A DNA stretch of 57,312 bases from an uncultured Rhodopirellula sp. (GTDB lineage Bacteria; Planctomycetota; Planctomycetia; Pirellulales; Pirellulaceae). The notes under the pieces are model-generated. The model searched no databases. It saw only the letters and a list, made by a program, of their open reading frames with translations, and was not told the origin of the DNA. The position numbers and the translations under genes were made by a program. Below, in pieces: positions 1 to 10,375 of this stretch (position 1 is its first letter; the number at the start of each line of letters is the position of its first letter). The stretch is taken from NCBI GenBank assembly GCA_964007735.1, contig CAXGAI010000030.1, positions 1 to 57,312 on the forward strand. The letters are read 5' to 3'.

Positions 1-1278
1 TAGTTCGATACAGGTCGCCATGAAGTCCGGTAAATACGCATGCTGCCTGGTGAAGGTTCCGTTGCGTTTGTGTGGAATCCCTTGAGGCCAGTGTGCGATC
101 AGGGGGGTGCAGGCGCCCCCCTCATGGACAAAATGCTTAAATAACCTAAACGGCGTATTACTAGCGTTGGCCCATGCGAGACCCTGCCGCACTCCCTCCA
201 CGGTTTCCAGTGGTGGATTACGGATCATTTCTTCATCACCGCGGCCTAAAATACCCCCCTCTTGACACGCGCCATTATCGGAGAGAAAAAATATCACCGT
301 ATTATCGATTTGCTTTGATTCCGTTAAGTAACTAACCAGCCGCCCAATGTTTTGGTCAATATTGTCAATGCAACCTGCATACGCTGCTTGTATTGCATCA
401 AGGCGATCTCGCTGTTCCACGTCGAGGGCTTCCCAACTTGGTGCCTGTAGCGGGGCTTGCGTGACAGGATCCTTAAAAAGACCCATCGCTTGCTGCTTTT
501 CAAACCGCGCGTCCGAGATTGCTTGCCATCCCCCCGTGTATTTACCTCGATACTTTTGATAATCTTCCCATTTAGCATTTAGGGGCCAGTGGGGGGAATT
601 GTAGGCCAGGTAAAGAAAGAACGGCTTTTCACTGGTCGTTCTTACTTCTTTGATATATTCGATGCTTTTGTCTGTAAACGCATCAGTGGCGTACCAATCC
701 TTCGGAGTGTCTATCTGGGCGTTATTCTCCGAGATGACTCTGTCGCCCCCAGGCTTGAAATAATTAAATGCTCCAGTGATACCACCGTAGAACTTGTCAA
801 AGCCTCGTTGGTTCGGCCAATTCGCTGGATCTGCGTAACCTAGATGCCACTTGCCGGTCATGAGGGTATGGTAGCCACCTGTTTTAAGAACTTGAGCGAT
901 CGTTACGCAGTCTTTATTCAGGTAACCCTGGTATGGCCCCTCAAAGCCCAAAGGTTGGTTGGGAGGTTCCGTCATATGTCCTATGCCGACCTGATGCGGA
1001 TGCAGGCCTGTCATCAGACTGGCGCGAGTCGGGCAGCAACGTCCGCTGTTATAGAACTGCGTAAAACGTAAGCCGTTTTCCGCAAGTGCGTCTAGATTCG
1101 GAGTATCGATCTCCCCTCCGTAACATCCAATGTCAGAATACCCCATGTCATCGACGAGGATGATAATAATATTGGGACGTTCTTTTTTATAGTGTTCGGC
1201 TTCGGAAGCAAACGCAATCTGAGGAAGATAACAAATTATGGATGCGACGAATAATGGGTACAAATTGATGGTTTTCAT
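1..1278 (-). CDS. Arylsulfatase (formylglycine-dependent), truncated by the window edge
   Basis: Not in the ORF track because it runs off the window. Manual translation from the ATG at 1278 gives a signal-like N-terminus, then ERPNIIIILVDDMGYSDIGCYGGEIDTPNLD...SGRCCPTRASLMTGLH (CxPxR motif). The same frame reads PDFMATCIEL at bases 30-1. Confidence 0.9.
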   Translation of the reverse strand, partial: MKTINLYPLFVASIICYLPQIAFASEAEHYKKERPNIIIILVDDMGYSDIGCYGGEIDTPNLDALAENGLRFTQFYNSGRCCPTRASLMTGLHPHQVGIGHMTEPPNQPLGFEGPYQGYLNKDCVTIAQVLKTGGYHTLMTGKWHLGYADPANWPNQRGFDKFYGGITGAFNYFKPGGDRVISENNAQIDTPKDWYATDAFTDKSIEYIKEVRTTSEKPFFLYLAYNSPHWPLNAKWEDYQKYRGKYTGGWQAISDARFEKQQAMGLFKDPVTQAPLQAPSWEALDVEQRDRLDAIQAAYAGCIDNIDQNIGRLVSYLTESKQIDNTVIFFLSDNGACQEGGILGRGDEEMIRNPPLETVEGVRQGLAWANASNTPFRLFKHFVHEGGACTPLIAHWPQGIPHKRNGTFTRQHAYLPDFMATCIEL

Positions 1279-1458
1279 GTTTAGCTCAATGTTTCGATGA
1301 TGAGGACGAATGTTTATTTTAATTAGAAATCTGAAAAAGCGTAATCACCGGAATGACCTGTCCTTACAGCTGACAGGCAAATTGACTTCGCCAAGGCTCT
1401 TAAAGCCGACGCTTTATGTTAGAACTAATAATCCCGGATTGAGTTTTTGAGGTGAAGA

Positions 1459-2904
1459 ATGAAGTTTCGAACTTTTGTCTTAGCGTTTTCCATTCTGTTC
1501 GCATTCAATCCAATATCGAATGCCGTACAGCCTACCTATAACGTATTGTTTATTATTTCTGACGACCTTACCGATACGGCGTTGTCTTGTTACGGAAATC
1601 GAGTTTGTCAGACGCCCCATATTGATTCCCTGGCGGCGAAAGGAGTCCGTTTTACACGCGCATTTTGTCAGGGAACTTATTGTGGTCCATCGCGGGCATC
1701 TTTCCTGTCTGGATACTATCCGCATGCAATTAAAATGTTGGGGTATCAAAGTCCGCGCCCAATGCTGGGCGACCGGATGATGTGGCCGGAATACTTTCGG
1801 CAGCACGGATATTACACAGCCCGAGTTAGTAAGATTTTTCACATGGGCGTGCCAGGCGGTATCGAATTGGGTACGAATGGCGCCGATGACGATCGATGCT
1901 GGACGGAGCGATTTAATAGCCCGGGCCCAGAGTGGAAGGCGCCGGGGCGTGGATGGACGTTAGAGGGTAATCCGGATCGGAGCGTTCCGGTAAAGGGTGG
2001 CAATACCTTTGTCGTAGTGGAGGCCGAGGGTGATGATTTATCTCATTCAGATGGGAGAACGGCCGAAAAAGCGGCAGCACTGATCAAGAAACATTCGAAA
2101 CGTCCCTTTTTCATAGGCGTGGGATTTGTTCGTCCGCATGTTCCGTTTGTAGCCCCGAAGAAATATTATCAACCGTTTGATTATGACCAAATGGTGTTGC
2201 CGCCTAAAGTGCCGGGCGATTGGGACGATATTCCAAAGCCTGGTATTAACTATAAGACCAGCATGAATATGAAAATGGATCTAACGCAGCAACGTAAAGC
2301 GATTGGCGGTTACTATGCCTCCGTTTCATACATGGACGCACAGGTTGGAAAAGTATTAAAGGCGTTGGACGAGTCCGGCGTAGCTGATAATACCATTGTG
2401 ATTTTTACTAGCGACCACGGTTACCATCTGGGCGAGCATGATTTTTGGGCAAAGGTTAGCTTGCATGATGAATCAGCTCGGGTCCCTTTGATTATTAGCG
2501 TTCCGGGTAATACGCCGGCGGTTTGCAATTCACTAACGGAGTTGCTCGACTTATACCCAACGATTGCCGGACTTTGTGGGTTTCGTTCACCGTCCCGCTT
2601 GCAAGGAAAAGATATTTCCAAGATGTTAACGAACCCGCTCTATGAAGTCCGCGACGCGGCCTTTTGCGTGAACGGAAAAGGTTACCTGCTTCGTAGTAAA
2701 CAATGGGCGTATATACAGTACGGTCGGTCTGGTGATGGTGGTGAAGAGCTGTTCGACATGACTAATGATCCGAAACAATATAACAATCTAGCTAGTGATG
2801 TAAGGTACGTCGAAATCGTTAAGCAATATAGAATGCTCATGGACGCCAAAATAAAGGCAGTATTAGAGAATGATCTCGGGCTGTCCTATAGTCTTAAAAG
2901 GTAA
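1459..2904 (+). CDS. Sulfatase (iduronate/choline sulfatase-like), secreted
   Basis: Signal peptide, NVLFIISDDL, CGPSRAS motif, GFVRPHVP, FTSDHGYHLGEH. Confidence 0.92.
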   Translation: MKFRTFVLAFSILFAFNPISNAVQPTYNVLFIISDDLTDTALSCYGNRVCQTPHIDSLAAKGVRFTRAFCQGTYCGPSRASFLSGYYPHAIKMLGYQSPRPMLGDRMMWPEYFRQHGYYTARVSKIFHMGVPGGIELGTNGADDDRCWTERFNSPGPEWKAPGRGWTLEGNPDRSVPVKGGNTFVVVEAEGDDLSHSDGRTAEKAAALIKKHSKRPFFIGVGFVRPHVPFVAPKKYYQPFDYDQMVLPPKVPGDWDDIPKPGINYKTSMNMKMDLTQQRKAIGGYYASVSYMDAQVGKVLKALDESGVADNTIVIFTSDHGYHLGEHDFWAKVSLHDESARVPLIISVPGNTPAVCNSLTELLDLYPTIAGLCGFRSPSRLQGKDISKMLTNPLYEVRDAAFCVNGKGYLLRSKQWAYIQYGRSGDGGEELFDMTNDPKQYNNLASDVRYVEIVKQYRMLMDAKIKAVLENDLGLSYSLKR

Positions 2905-2930
2905 CGCCCATCTTAATCGGAGTATATGAA

Positions 2931-4394
2931 TTGAGTCGCTATCTGAAGCCGGTATTGCTTTTCGCTATGATGCTCCTCGCAACGCGCGCAGAAGCCGTCG
3001 ACAGACCGAACATTCTTTTCCTTATTTGTGACGATCTAAATTGTGACCTAGGTTCGTACGGTCATCCACAGGTGCGGACACCTAACATCGATCGACTGGC
3101 ATCCCGGGGGGTGTTGTTTGAGAACGCACACTGCCAGTACCCGTTGTGCGGTCCATCCCGTGCGTCGTTCATGACGGGCATGTATCCCGATCAAACCCTC
3201 GTTAAGCGTAATGCGGTTTATATTCGGGAACACATCCCGAATGTATTGACGATTCCGCAAGCCTTCCGTGCTGAGGACTATTTCGCGGTGAGGATTGGAA
3301 AGGTATTTCATTACAATGTACCTCGTCATATAGGTACTTCCGGTCACGATGATCCTTATTCCTGGAATTACACCTTCAATCCCCGCGGCCGGGATAAAGA
3401 GGAGGAGAATAAAATATTCTCCTTAGTTCCGGGGAGTTTCGGCGGGACATTAAGTTGGCTTGCTGCAGAGGGTGAGGATGACGAGCAAACAGATGGAATT
3501 GCCGCGACGGAAGCTCTTAACCAGTTCAAAACACTGGCTGGGAAGGGGCGCCCCTTCTTTATGACAGTGGGTTTATATCGCCCCCACACACCGTTTGTTG
3601 CTCCGAAAAAATACTTTGAGATGTATCCCCTTGAGGAGATACAAGTACCGCAGATCCCGAGCGGGTATCTCTCCCAATTACCTCAACCGGCCATATCGTC
3701 AATCCGTCGGAAGAAGGATCAAGTTGATCTAGAAGACAGTTTGGCGCGTCAAGCGATTCAGGCCTACTATGCGTCAATTTCATTTGCGGATGCGCAATTA
3801 GGCCGTATTCTTGATGGCTTAAAGGAAGCTGGGCTAGAGAAGAACACAATCATTGTGTTCACGTCGGATCACGGTTATCACATGGGCGAGCATGGGCATT
3901 GGCAGAAAACCACGTTATTTGAAAATGCAACACGGGTTCCCCTGGTGATTTCCGGGCCTGGCGTTTTAGATAAAGGGGGAGTGGCAAAGGGACTCGCTGA
4001 ATTAGTGGACATCTACCCAACCATGGCAGATTTGGCGCAAGTGAAGGCTCCGGCACAGGTAAGTGGAGTGAGCCTTCGTCCGGTCGTGGAGGATACTAAG
4101 CTTATCGTGCGTTCAAGTGCCTTAACTCAGTATAATAATGGCTATTCCATCCGGACTAATCGTTATCGGTATACGGAATGGGGGGTGGAAGGGAGTTTGG
4201 GGGCTGAGCTTTATGACCACGAGACAGATCCAGAGGAACTGATTAATCTCATTGACGATCCTAATTTGCAGGATTTACAGATGGAAATGAGGATACAGTT
4301 GCAGTCCCGAGTCGCCAACTCGGGTAAAGTACCTTCGCGAATTAAACAAATACAAGATGTCCCGCGTAGAAGCGTACCGCAGCCCAATCCTTAA
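2931..4394 (+). CDS. Sulfatase (iduronate sulfatase-like), secreted
   Basis: RPNILFLICDDL, CGPSRAS motif, GLYRPHTP, FTSDHGYHMGEH. Paralogue of the upstream gene. Confidence 0.92.
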   Translation: MSRYLKPVLLFAMMLLATRAEAVDRPNILFLICDDLNCDLGSYGHPQVRTPNIDRLASRGVLFENAHCQYPLCGPSRASFMTGMYPDQTLVKRNAVYIREHIPNVLTIPQAFRAEDYFAVRIGKVFHYNVPRHIGTSGHDDPYSWNYTFNPRGRDKEEENKIFSLVPGSFGGTLSWLAAEGEDDEQTDGIAATEALNQFKTLAGKGRPFFMTVGLYRPHTPFVAPKKYFEMYPLEEIQVPQIPSGYLSQLPQPAISSIRRKKDQVDLEDSLARQAIQAYYASISFADAQLGRILDGLKEAGLEKNTIIVFTSDHGYHMGEHGHWQKTTLFENATRVPLVISGPGVLDKGGVAKGLAELVDIYPTMADLAQVKAPAQVSGVSLRPVVEDTKLIVRSSALTQYNNGYSIRTNRYRYTEWGVEGSLGAELYDHETDPEELINLIDDPNLQDLQMEMRIQLQSRVANSGKVPSRIKQIQDVPRRSVPQPNP

Positions 4395-4415
4395 TGGACC
4401 CGGCGCGCGATAAGG

Positions 4416-5867
4416 TTAAGCAATGATGTCATGGATTACACGACCATGTACGTCGGTAAGGCTCTCCTCCCGACCTTGGTGGAAATACGTAAGTCGCTCG
4501 TGATCTAATCCCATCAATTGCAGTATTGTGGCATGTATGTCGTGGACGTGAGCTTTTCCCTCTACAGCTTCAAATCCAAAATCATCAGTCGCGCCATAAC
4601 GTGTTCCACCTTTGATTCCTGCTCCGGCCATCCACATGGAAAAGCCGTAGGGATTGTGGTTTCGACCGGGTGCGTTCTTGCCTTCACTAAATGGCATTCG
4701 ACCAAATTCACCTCCCCATACTACGAGCGTGCTATCGAGAAGTCCCCTTTGTTCTAGGTCCGTAAGTAGGGCGTCAATCGGCTGGTCTATTTCGGCGGCG
4801 TGTTGCCCGTGATTGTTTTCAATACTCACGTGTGCATCCCAAGTATCGGCTAGATGCCCCCCACCGGAGTAAAGCTGTATAAATCGCACGCCTCTCTCCA
4901 CTAACCGCCGCGCAATAAGGCAATTCTTCCCAAATTCATCGGTTGGCTGTTGGTTTACGCCATATAAATCAAGAGTCGCCTGCGTCTCCTTAGACAAATC
5001 GACCGCCTCGGGTGTCTCTGCCTGCATACGATAAGCGAGTTCATAGCTTTGTATTCGGGAAGCAAGTTCGACGCCGCCGGGGCGTGACGTGAGGTGTTGC
5101 TCATTGAGTCGTGCGAGTAAGTCCAACTGTCGGCGTTGAGCCTTTTTGTCAACGTATTTGGGACCTTGCAAGTCGAGTATCGGATTCCCCGTTGGGCGAA
5201 ATAGAGTGCCCTGATAAGTGGATGGCATAAAGCCAGATGAATAGTTGGGTTCACCAGAAATGGGCCCTCCCCTCTTGTCCATCATCACGACATAGCCAGG
5301 AAGACTCTGATTCTCCGTCCCCAATCCATAGACGGTCCAACTTCCCAAAGAAGGTCGTCCAATAAACGTACTCCCGGTATTCATAGCTACTAAGGCACTA
5401 CCGTGCGCATGGCTGTCCGCGTGACAGGAATTGATGATCGCTAATTTATCGGCGTGTTTCCGGATGCGAGGAAAAAAATCTGAAATCATCAGGCCACTAT
5501 TGCCCCCGGGCTTAAAAGTCCGAAATTCAGGAGTTAAAAAGCCAACTTTGCGTTTGCCTGAATTGATATACGTTTTATCGGCGGGCAGTGGCATGCCCGC
5601 ATATTTTTTTAATTCCGGTTTATAGTCGAAAGTGTCGACTTGGCTGGGAGCCCCATTCATCATAAGGAAAATGACGTGTTTCGCCTTCACTGGGAAATGG
5701 CCATCGCGATCCTGAAGCGGCGAGTTAGATTCCGCAGCACCTAAATGTTTTTGATAAAAACCATCATCTTGTAAGAGATTGCTCAGGGCCAGGCCTGCAA
5801 ATCCACCACCCATCTGCCACACAAACTCGCGCCTAGTATGTCCACAGGGGAATAGTTTCTGTTTCAC
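4416..5867 (-). CDS. DUF1501 domain protein (Tat-exported)
   Basis: TRREF twin-arginine leader, AKHVIFLMMNGAPSQVDTFDYKP, ARRLVERGVRFIQL, WDAH, GEFGRMP, GRNHNP, HVHDIHATIL. Confidence 0.9.
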   Translation of the reverse strand: MKQKLFPCGHTRREFVWQMGGGFAGLALSNLLQDDGFYQKHLGAAESNSPLQDRDGHFPVKAKHVIFLMMNGAPSQVDTFDYKPELKKYAGMPLPADKTYINSGKRKVGFLTPEFRTFKPGGNSGLMISDFFPRIRKHADKLAIINSCHADSHAHGSALVAMNTGSTFIGRPSLGSWTVYGLGTENQSLPGYVVMMDKRGGPISGEPNYSSGFMPSTYQGTLFRPTGNPILDLQGPKYVDKKAQRRQLDLLARLNEQHLTSRPGGVELASRIQSYELAYRMQAETPEAVDLSKETQATLDLYGVNQQPTDEFGKNCLIARRLVERGVRFIQLYSGGGHLADTWDAHVSIENNHGQHAAEIDQPIDALLTDLEQRGLLDSTLVVWGGEFGRMPFSEGKNAPGRNHNPYGFSMWMAGAGIKGGTRYGATDDFGFEAVEGKAHVHDIHATILQLMGLDHERLTYFHQGREESLTDVHGRVIHDIIA

Positions 5868-5882
5868 GGAAATTAGACCTTT

Positions 5883-8825
5883 TTAGTCGATGTAAATAAA
5901 TTCGTTAGTGTTTAATAGCACGTGACACAGTGATGTGAGTGCCAGGCGGTCTGGGCTGGAACGATCGGCCCGCAATGGAATGTTGTATTTATGAGACAGG
6001 TATCCCCAAATCTGACGTAACTCCGGTTCGCTTAATGCCCTATCGTATATTAAGATCTCCGAAATATCGCCCAGCCAATATTCACCATTGATATTACCTT
6101 GCGTGCCAATGACCCAGGGGCCAGCCAGAACGCGTTCGGTTAATGGCGGAGCTTGAGCTAGCTTACCACCATTTTGGAAAGTGACGGCGGAATCCGCCGC
6201 GTTTATAGCACCGAGGATGAATGGTTGACCGCGGTTGAGGAGGGTCCCTCCATTCGCGAAATTATCGCTGAGTCGGATAACGCCGCCCCGAGTGGAACCT
6301 AAAAAGAGTGAATTAACGGAACGTCCCCGCGAATTCCAGTTACTAATCAACTCGCGGTGACCCTCGTTAACGGAAGTGTCCGTGGCCACCGTTACCATCG
6401 TAAAAGATTGATCTGATAATGGTGTCGAGGTTAGCTTGAGATACTGAGTTTTCCCGTTAAATCGGAGGGTTGGCTTTCCGTTTAAACCATCGGCAACGTA
6501 AAGTGGCCGTATAGTGCGTTCACCTTGAACCGCATCGATCGGCTGCTGACCGTCGAGCGAGGAACCAGATGCATCTCCCCAAGATATGATCCGACTGTCT
6601 TCATCCACCTCAATCCGTTGCGTTGCATCGAGCCAGAGAGAAAGATCCGCCTTCACTGACAACTTCGTTAATTTCTCCGCCGATATTTCTGTCATGATAC
6701 CGTAATGTTCGACCTGATCACTGACGTGTTCCCGAGAGGCCGCCAGTTCGTCTGCAGTCGGATTCCGCCCCGTGGCGTGATTCCATGCGGCCCTTATTTG
6801 AGCAACAACATCGTCTGGATATTCTTTCCGTAAGCGATCTGCGAATGCACTGCTTTGTTGATGGACGAAATGATTGTTTAGGAGAGCCAGCGCCTGTGTG
6901 GCTACGGTGGTGACGTCACGCTGCCCGCAAGGTAGGGTTGTGTCAGTGAAGTTGAACGTTGTCATCAGGGGTAGCAACCGGGATCGCTTGGTCATCATAT
7001 ATATGCTGCGACGGTTACGCTCAGCCAAGGACGAGTTTCCCCACGCACTAGATTTCTTTGATAGCCCCTCCAGCGCTTCCACGCTCATTGCCGGGTAAAA
7101 ACTCGGACCACCGCTTTTAAGGTTGATTTCACCACTCGTCACCAGAATGGCATCTCTCAGTTGTTCGGCGTCTAGGCGTTTCCGCTGGGCTCTCCACCAC
7201 GTGAGGTTCAAAAAATCTTTGTCCTGATATTCAAGATAGCTTTCATGCGTAGAGGCTTGTCTATAGGTATTCGACATCACGATCAATTTGATGATGGGCT
7301 TCAATTTCCAACCATTGTCAATCAGACGCGACGCTAGAAAATCAAGTAGTTTCGGGTGAGTTGGTGGATCGCCTTTAAATCCGAAATTATTCGGCGTTCG
7401 GACTAATCCTTCGCCCATGGTGTGCAGCCAAAGACGATTAACTATGACACGGGCCGTCAATGGATGGTCAGGGTGCGTTAGCCATGAAGCTAGCTGGAGT
7501 CTTTGGGTAGTAGTGCGAGAGCCTTCGGGTGGTAATTTGAACGATTGTTCAAGGATAGGGACCGTAGAGATGGACCCAGGCGCTATTACCTCACCAGGCT
7601 TTTGGCGTTCCCCGTTAACTAATAGGTGTAACGGGACGACTTCGGAACTGCGGTCGGTCCAGCCGAAAGCCTTGGAGCCCAGTTCGGCTTCGGACGGACC
7701 GCCAAGATTGGCCTGGCCAATGTAACCTGACCAAAAAGCATTAGCGAAGCGATAGTAATCGGTCTGTCTAATCGGATCAAACTTGTGGTCGTGGCAGCGA
7801 GCGCATTTGACAGTTAATCCGATAAACGCAGAAGAAGTGGTATGTACCATATCTTCAAGGCGTGTGTACTGGTAGTCAGCAGGGTCATTAGGCTCATCAT
7901 TCCAGGTGCCAGCCCTAATCATCCCCGTGGCGACGACCGTTTCGTCGTCCCGGTAGGGCACCTCGTCACCGGCTAGTTGGTCTGTAACAAACTTGTCGTA
8001 TGGCATATCCGAATTGAATGCGTTTACTACCCAATCACGGTATTTCCAAATATTGGGCTTTAATTGGTCTCGCTCGTAGCCGCATGTTTCTGCGAACCGT
8101 ATAAGGTCTAGCCAATGCCTAGCCCAGCGTTCACCAAACTGAGGTGATGCAAGTAATTTGTCAACCAAGGATTCATAATTCACCTTTTGATTCGTCGCTA
8201 AGAATTCTTCGATGTCTTTAGGGCGGGGTGGCAGACCGGTGAGATCAAAAAAGAGTCTGCGAATCAGTTTTCCCCGTGTCGTCGGTTTCGAGGGGCTCAT
8301 TCCGGACGATGATAGCTTTGAGATAATGAAGGAGTCTATTTCGTTACCGACACGCGGGTCGCTTAAGGGGATTGGAAGTTGGGGACTAAGAATTGGTTGA
8401 AATGACCACCAATCTCGTCCGCCCCGCACTTCGGTTGTTTGTTCGTATAGGTCCAGGACACGGTCTTTGGGCCAAATCATCCCTTCGTTTACCCAAGCGG
8501 TCAAAATCTTTGTTTCAGCTGCTGGTAGTGGTTGCGGAATCCCTTTCGAGGCGGGCGGCATGTCCCCATCTGTTATTCTCTGTATCAAGTGGCTTATAGA
8601 GGCATTTCCTTTTTTAACCACTTCGCCCGAATCTCCACCTGCGGTCATTGCAGTAACATTGGTCAGATCTAAGCCCCCCTTTTTTTGTTTGCTGTCATGA
8701 CACTCCACACATCGCTTGACTAATATTCGTGCGACATCGCGTTCAAAGCTGACCTCTGCACGGACTGACTGCAAAACCATAAGGCCCGCTAATATTAATG
8801 TCGTGTAAACTAGGCGATTATTCAT
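5883..8825 (-). CDS. Planctomycete cytochrome c (PSCyt1)-DUF1549-DUF1553 protein with a LamG-like domain
   Basis: CVECH and CARCHDHKFDP heme motifs, GERWARHWLD, ARVIVNRLW, PTHPKLLDFLA. C-terminal LWLDA...GDISEILIYDRALS is a LamG/concanavalin-like signature. Confidence 0.9.
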   Translation of the reverse strand: MNNRLVYTTLILAGLMVLQSVRAEVSFERDVARILVKRCVECHDSKQKKGGLDLTNVTAMTAGGDSGEVVKKGNASISHLIQRITDGDMPPASKGIPQPLPAAETKILTAWVNEGMIWPKDRVLDLYEQTTEVRGGRDWWSFQPILSPQLPIPLSDPRVGNEIDSFIISKLSSSGMSPSKPTTRGKLIRRLFFDLTGLPPRPKDIEEFLATNQKVNYESLVDKLLASPQFGERWARHWLDLIRFAETCGYERDQLKPNIWKYRDWVVNAFNSDMPYDKFVTDQLAGDEVPYRDDETVVATGMIRAGTWNDEPNDPADYQYTRLEDMVHTTSSAFIGLTVKCARCHDHKFDPIRQTDYYRFANAFWSGYIGQANLGGPSEAELGSKAFGWTDRSSEVVPLHLLVNGERQKPGEVIAPGSISTVPILEQSFKLPPEGSRTTTQRLQLASWLTHPDHPLTARVIVNRLWLHTMGEGLVRTPNNFGFKGDPPTHPKLLDFLASRLIDNGWKLKPIIKLIVMSNTYRQASTHESYLEYQDKDFLNLTWWRAQRKRLDAEQLRDAILVTSGEINLKSGGPSFYPAMSVEALEGLSKKSSAWGNSSLAERNRRSIYMMTKRSRLLPLMTTFNFTDTTLPCGQRDVTTVATQALALLNNHFVHQQSSAFADRLRKEYPDDVVAQIRAAWNHATGRNPTADELAASREHVSDQVEHYGIMTEISAEKLTKLSVKADLSLWLDATQRIEVDEDSRIISWGDASGSSLDGQQPIDAVQGERTIRPLYVADGLNGKPTLRFNGKTQYLKLTSTPLSDQSFTMVTVATDTSVNEGHRELISNWNSRGRSVNSLFLGSTRGGVIRLSDNFANGGTLLNRGQPFILGAINAADSAVTFQNGGKLAQAPPLTERVLAGPWVIGTQGNINGEYWLGDISEILIYDRALSEPELRQIWGYLSHKYNIPLRADRSSPDRLALTSLCHVLLNTNEFIYID

Positions 8826-8866
8826 GGCTTGGTGATGTCACTAGTGTAAAAGATGGCAGTTTCAGG

Positions 8867-10258
8867 TTAGGCAATGATATCTGTAATGACATCACCATGG
8901 ACGTCCGTGAGTCGAAAATCACGGCCGGAATGACGGTAAGTAAGTTTCGTGTGATCGACGCCCATGAGATGTAGCATTGTGGCGTGCAGGTCGTGGACAT
9001 GAGTTCTGTTTTCCACCGCGCGGTAACCGAATTCGTCCGTATTGCCGTAGCTGTATCCACCCTTTACCCCACCCCCGGCGAGCCAAACAGTGAATCCATG
9101 GTGATTGTGATCCCGACCAGTACCGATACCGCCACCAATGGGAATCTCCGTTGCCGGTGTGCGTCCGAATTCGCCGCCGACGACCACCAGCGTTTGGTCA
9201 AGCAGGCCTCGTTGTTCCAGATCGGTTAACAGTGCCGCTATGGGTGGGTCAGCCTGCGAGCCTAGACTCCGGAGGCCGGCTTCCAGGCCGCCATGCGTAT
9301 CCCAAGGTTGAACATCGCCATGGAAACACTGGACTACCCTGACTCCCCGTTCAACCAACCTTCTGGCAATCAATAGTTGGCGACCGTGTACCGTCGAGGC
9401 ATTGTAAAGTTCTTGAGTAGCCTGAGATTCCCGTGAGATATCAAAGGCTGACGTTGCTTCCATCTGCATACGATAGGCCAGCTCGAACGACTGTATCCGA
9501 GCTTCGAGTTTGGGGTCGTCCTGTCGAGCGTTTTGATGACCGCGATTCAGTTGGCCCAATAGGTCGAGTTGTTGTCTTTGTGCCTGCCGTGAAAGTCGGC
9601 TATTACGGATGTTGGCAATCAGTTTATCAACGGTCTCATTACGAGTATCCAAGTAAGTGCCCTGATAGATTCCTGGTAGAAAAGAACTACGCCAATTAGA
9701 GCTGTCAGCAACAGGAAGGCCGGGACACATGGCAACGTAACCAGGTAGGTTCTGGTTCTCCGTTCCAAGGCCGTAGGTAAGCCATGATCCGTAACTGGGA
9801 CGCGATAACCGCTCATCTCCCGTGTTCATTAGTCGCATACTTTGCTCATGATTGGGCGTGTTGGCGTACATCGACTTAATGACACAAATTTTATCAGCGT
9901 GTTTACTTGCGGTTCGTTCAAATATCTCGCTGCACCATAAACCATTCTCCCCATATTGTCGGAACTTAAATGGCGAAGGCAAGGCAACTCCAACCTCCCG
10001 TTCCGTGGGATGCGAGATCGGAAGGGGCTTCCCGTAGAAGTCGTTTAGTCGTGGTTTGTGATCCCATGTATCGACTTGGCTCGGGCCACCGTTGAGGTAG
10101 ACATGTATAATATGTTTTGCCTTGGGTTCAAAATGGGTTGGCTTCACCGACAAAGGATCTGTAGAACCCTGAAGGAGTCCGGGCAAAGCCAGCATTCCTA
10201 GGCCCGTACCGAATTGAGTTAAAAGTGTCCGGCGAGAGTAGTTGCGGTTCATATTCAT
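8867..10258 (-). CDS. DUF1501 domain protein (Tat-exported)
   Basis: SRRTLL leader, AKHIIHVYLNGGPSQVDTWDHKP, ARRLVERGVR, WDTH, GEFGRTP, GRDHNH, HVHDLHATML. Confidence 0.9.
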   Translation of the reverse strand: MNMNRNYSRRTLLTQFGTGLGMLALPGLLQGSTDPLSVKPTHFEPKAKHIIHVYLNGGPSQVDTWDHKPRLNDFYGKPLPISHPTEREVGVALPSPFKFRQYGENGLWCSEIFERTASKHADKICVIKSMYANTPNHEQSMRLMNTGDERLSRPSYGSWLTYGLGTENQNLPGYVAMCPGLPVADSSNWRSSFLPGIYQGTYLDTRNETVDKLIANIRNSRLSRQAQRQQLDLLGQLNRGHQNARQDDPKLEARIQSFELAYRMQMEATSAFDISRESQATQELYNASTVHGRQLLIARRLVERGVRVVQCFHGDVQPWDTHGGLEAGLRSLGSQADPPIAALLTDLEQRGLLDQTLVVVGGEFGRTPATEIPIGGGIGTGRDHNHHGFTVWLAGGGVKGGYSYGNTDEFGYRAVENRTHVHDLHATMLHLMGVDHTKLTYRHSGRDFRLTDVHGDVITDIIA

Positions 10259-10375
10259 GCGGGCGTGACGTGTTATGGGTTAAAGGTTAATTTTGGATAT
10301 GAGAAAGTAAACATGTTTGCGAACCAAAACGAAATTGGAACCAGCTACGGATTGGGCTGGTCTATCAACTCGTTG

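Noticed and set aside
324..1071. Short ORFs at 324-578, 347-559, 589-843 and 844-1071
   Set aside because: They are shadow frames of the minus-strand sulfatase at 1-1278.
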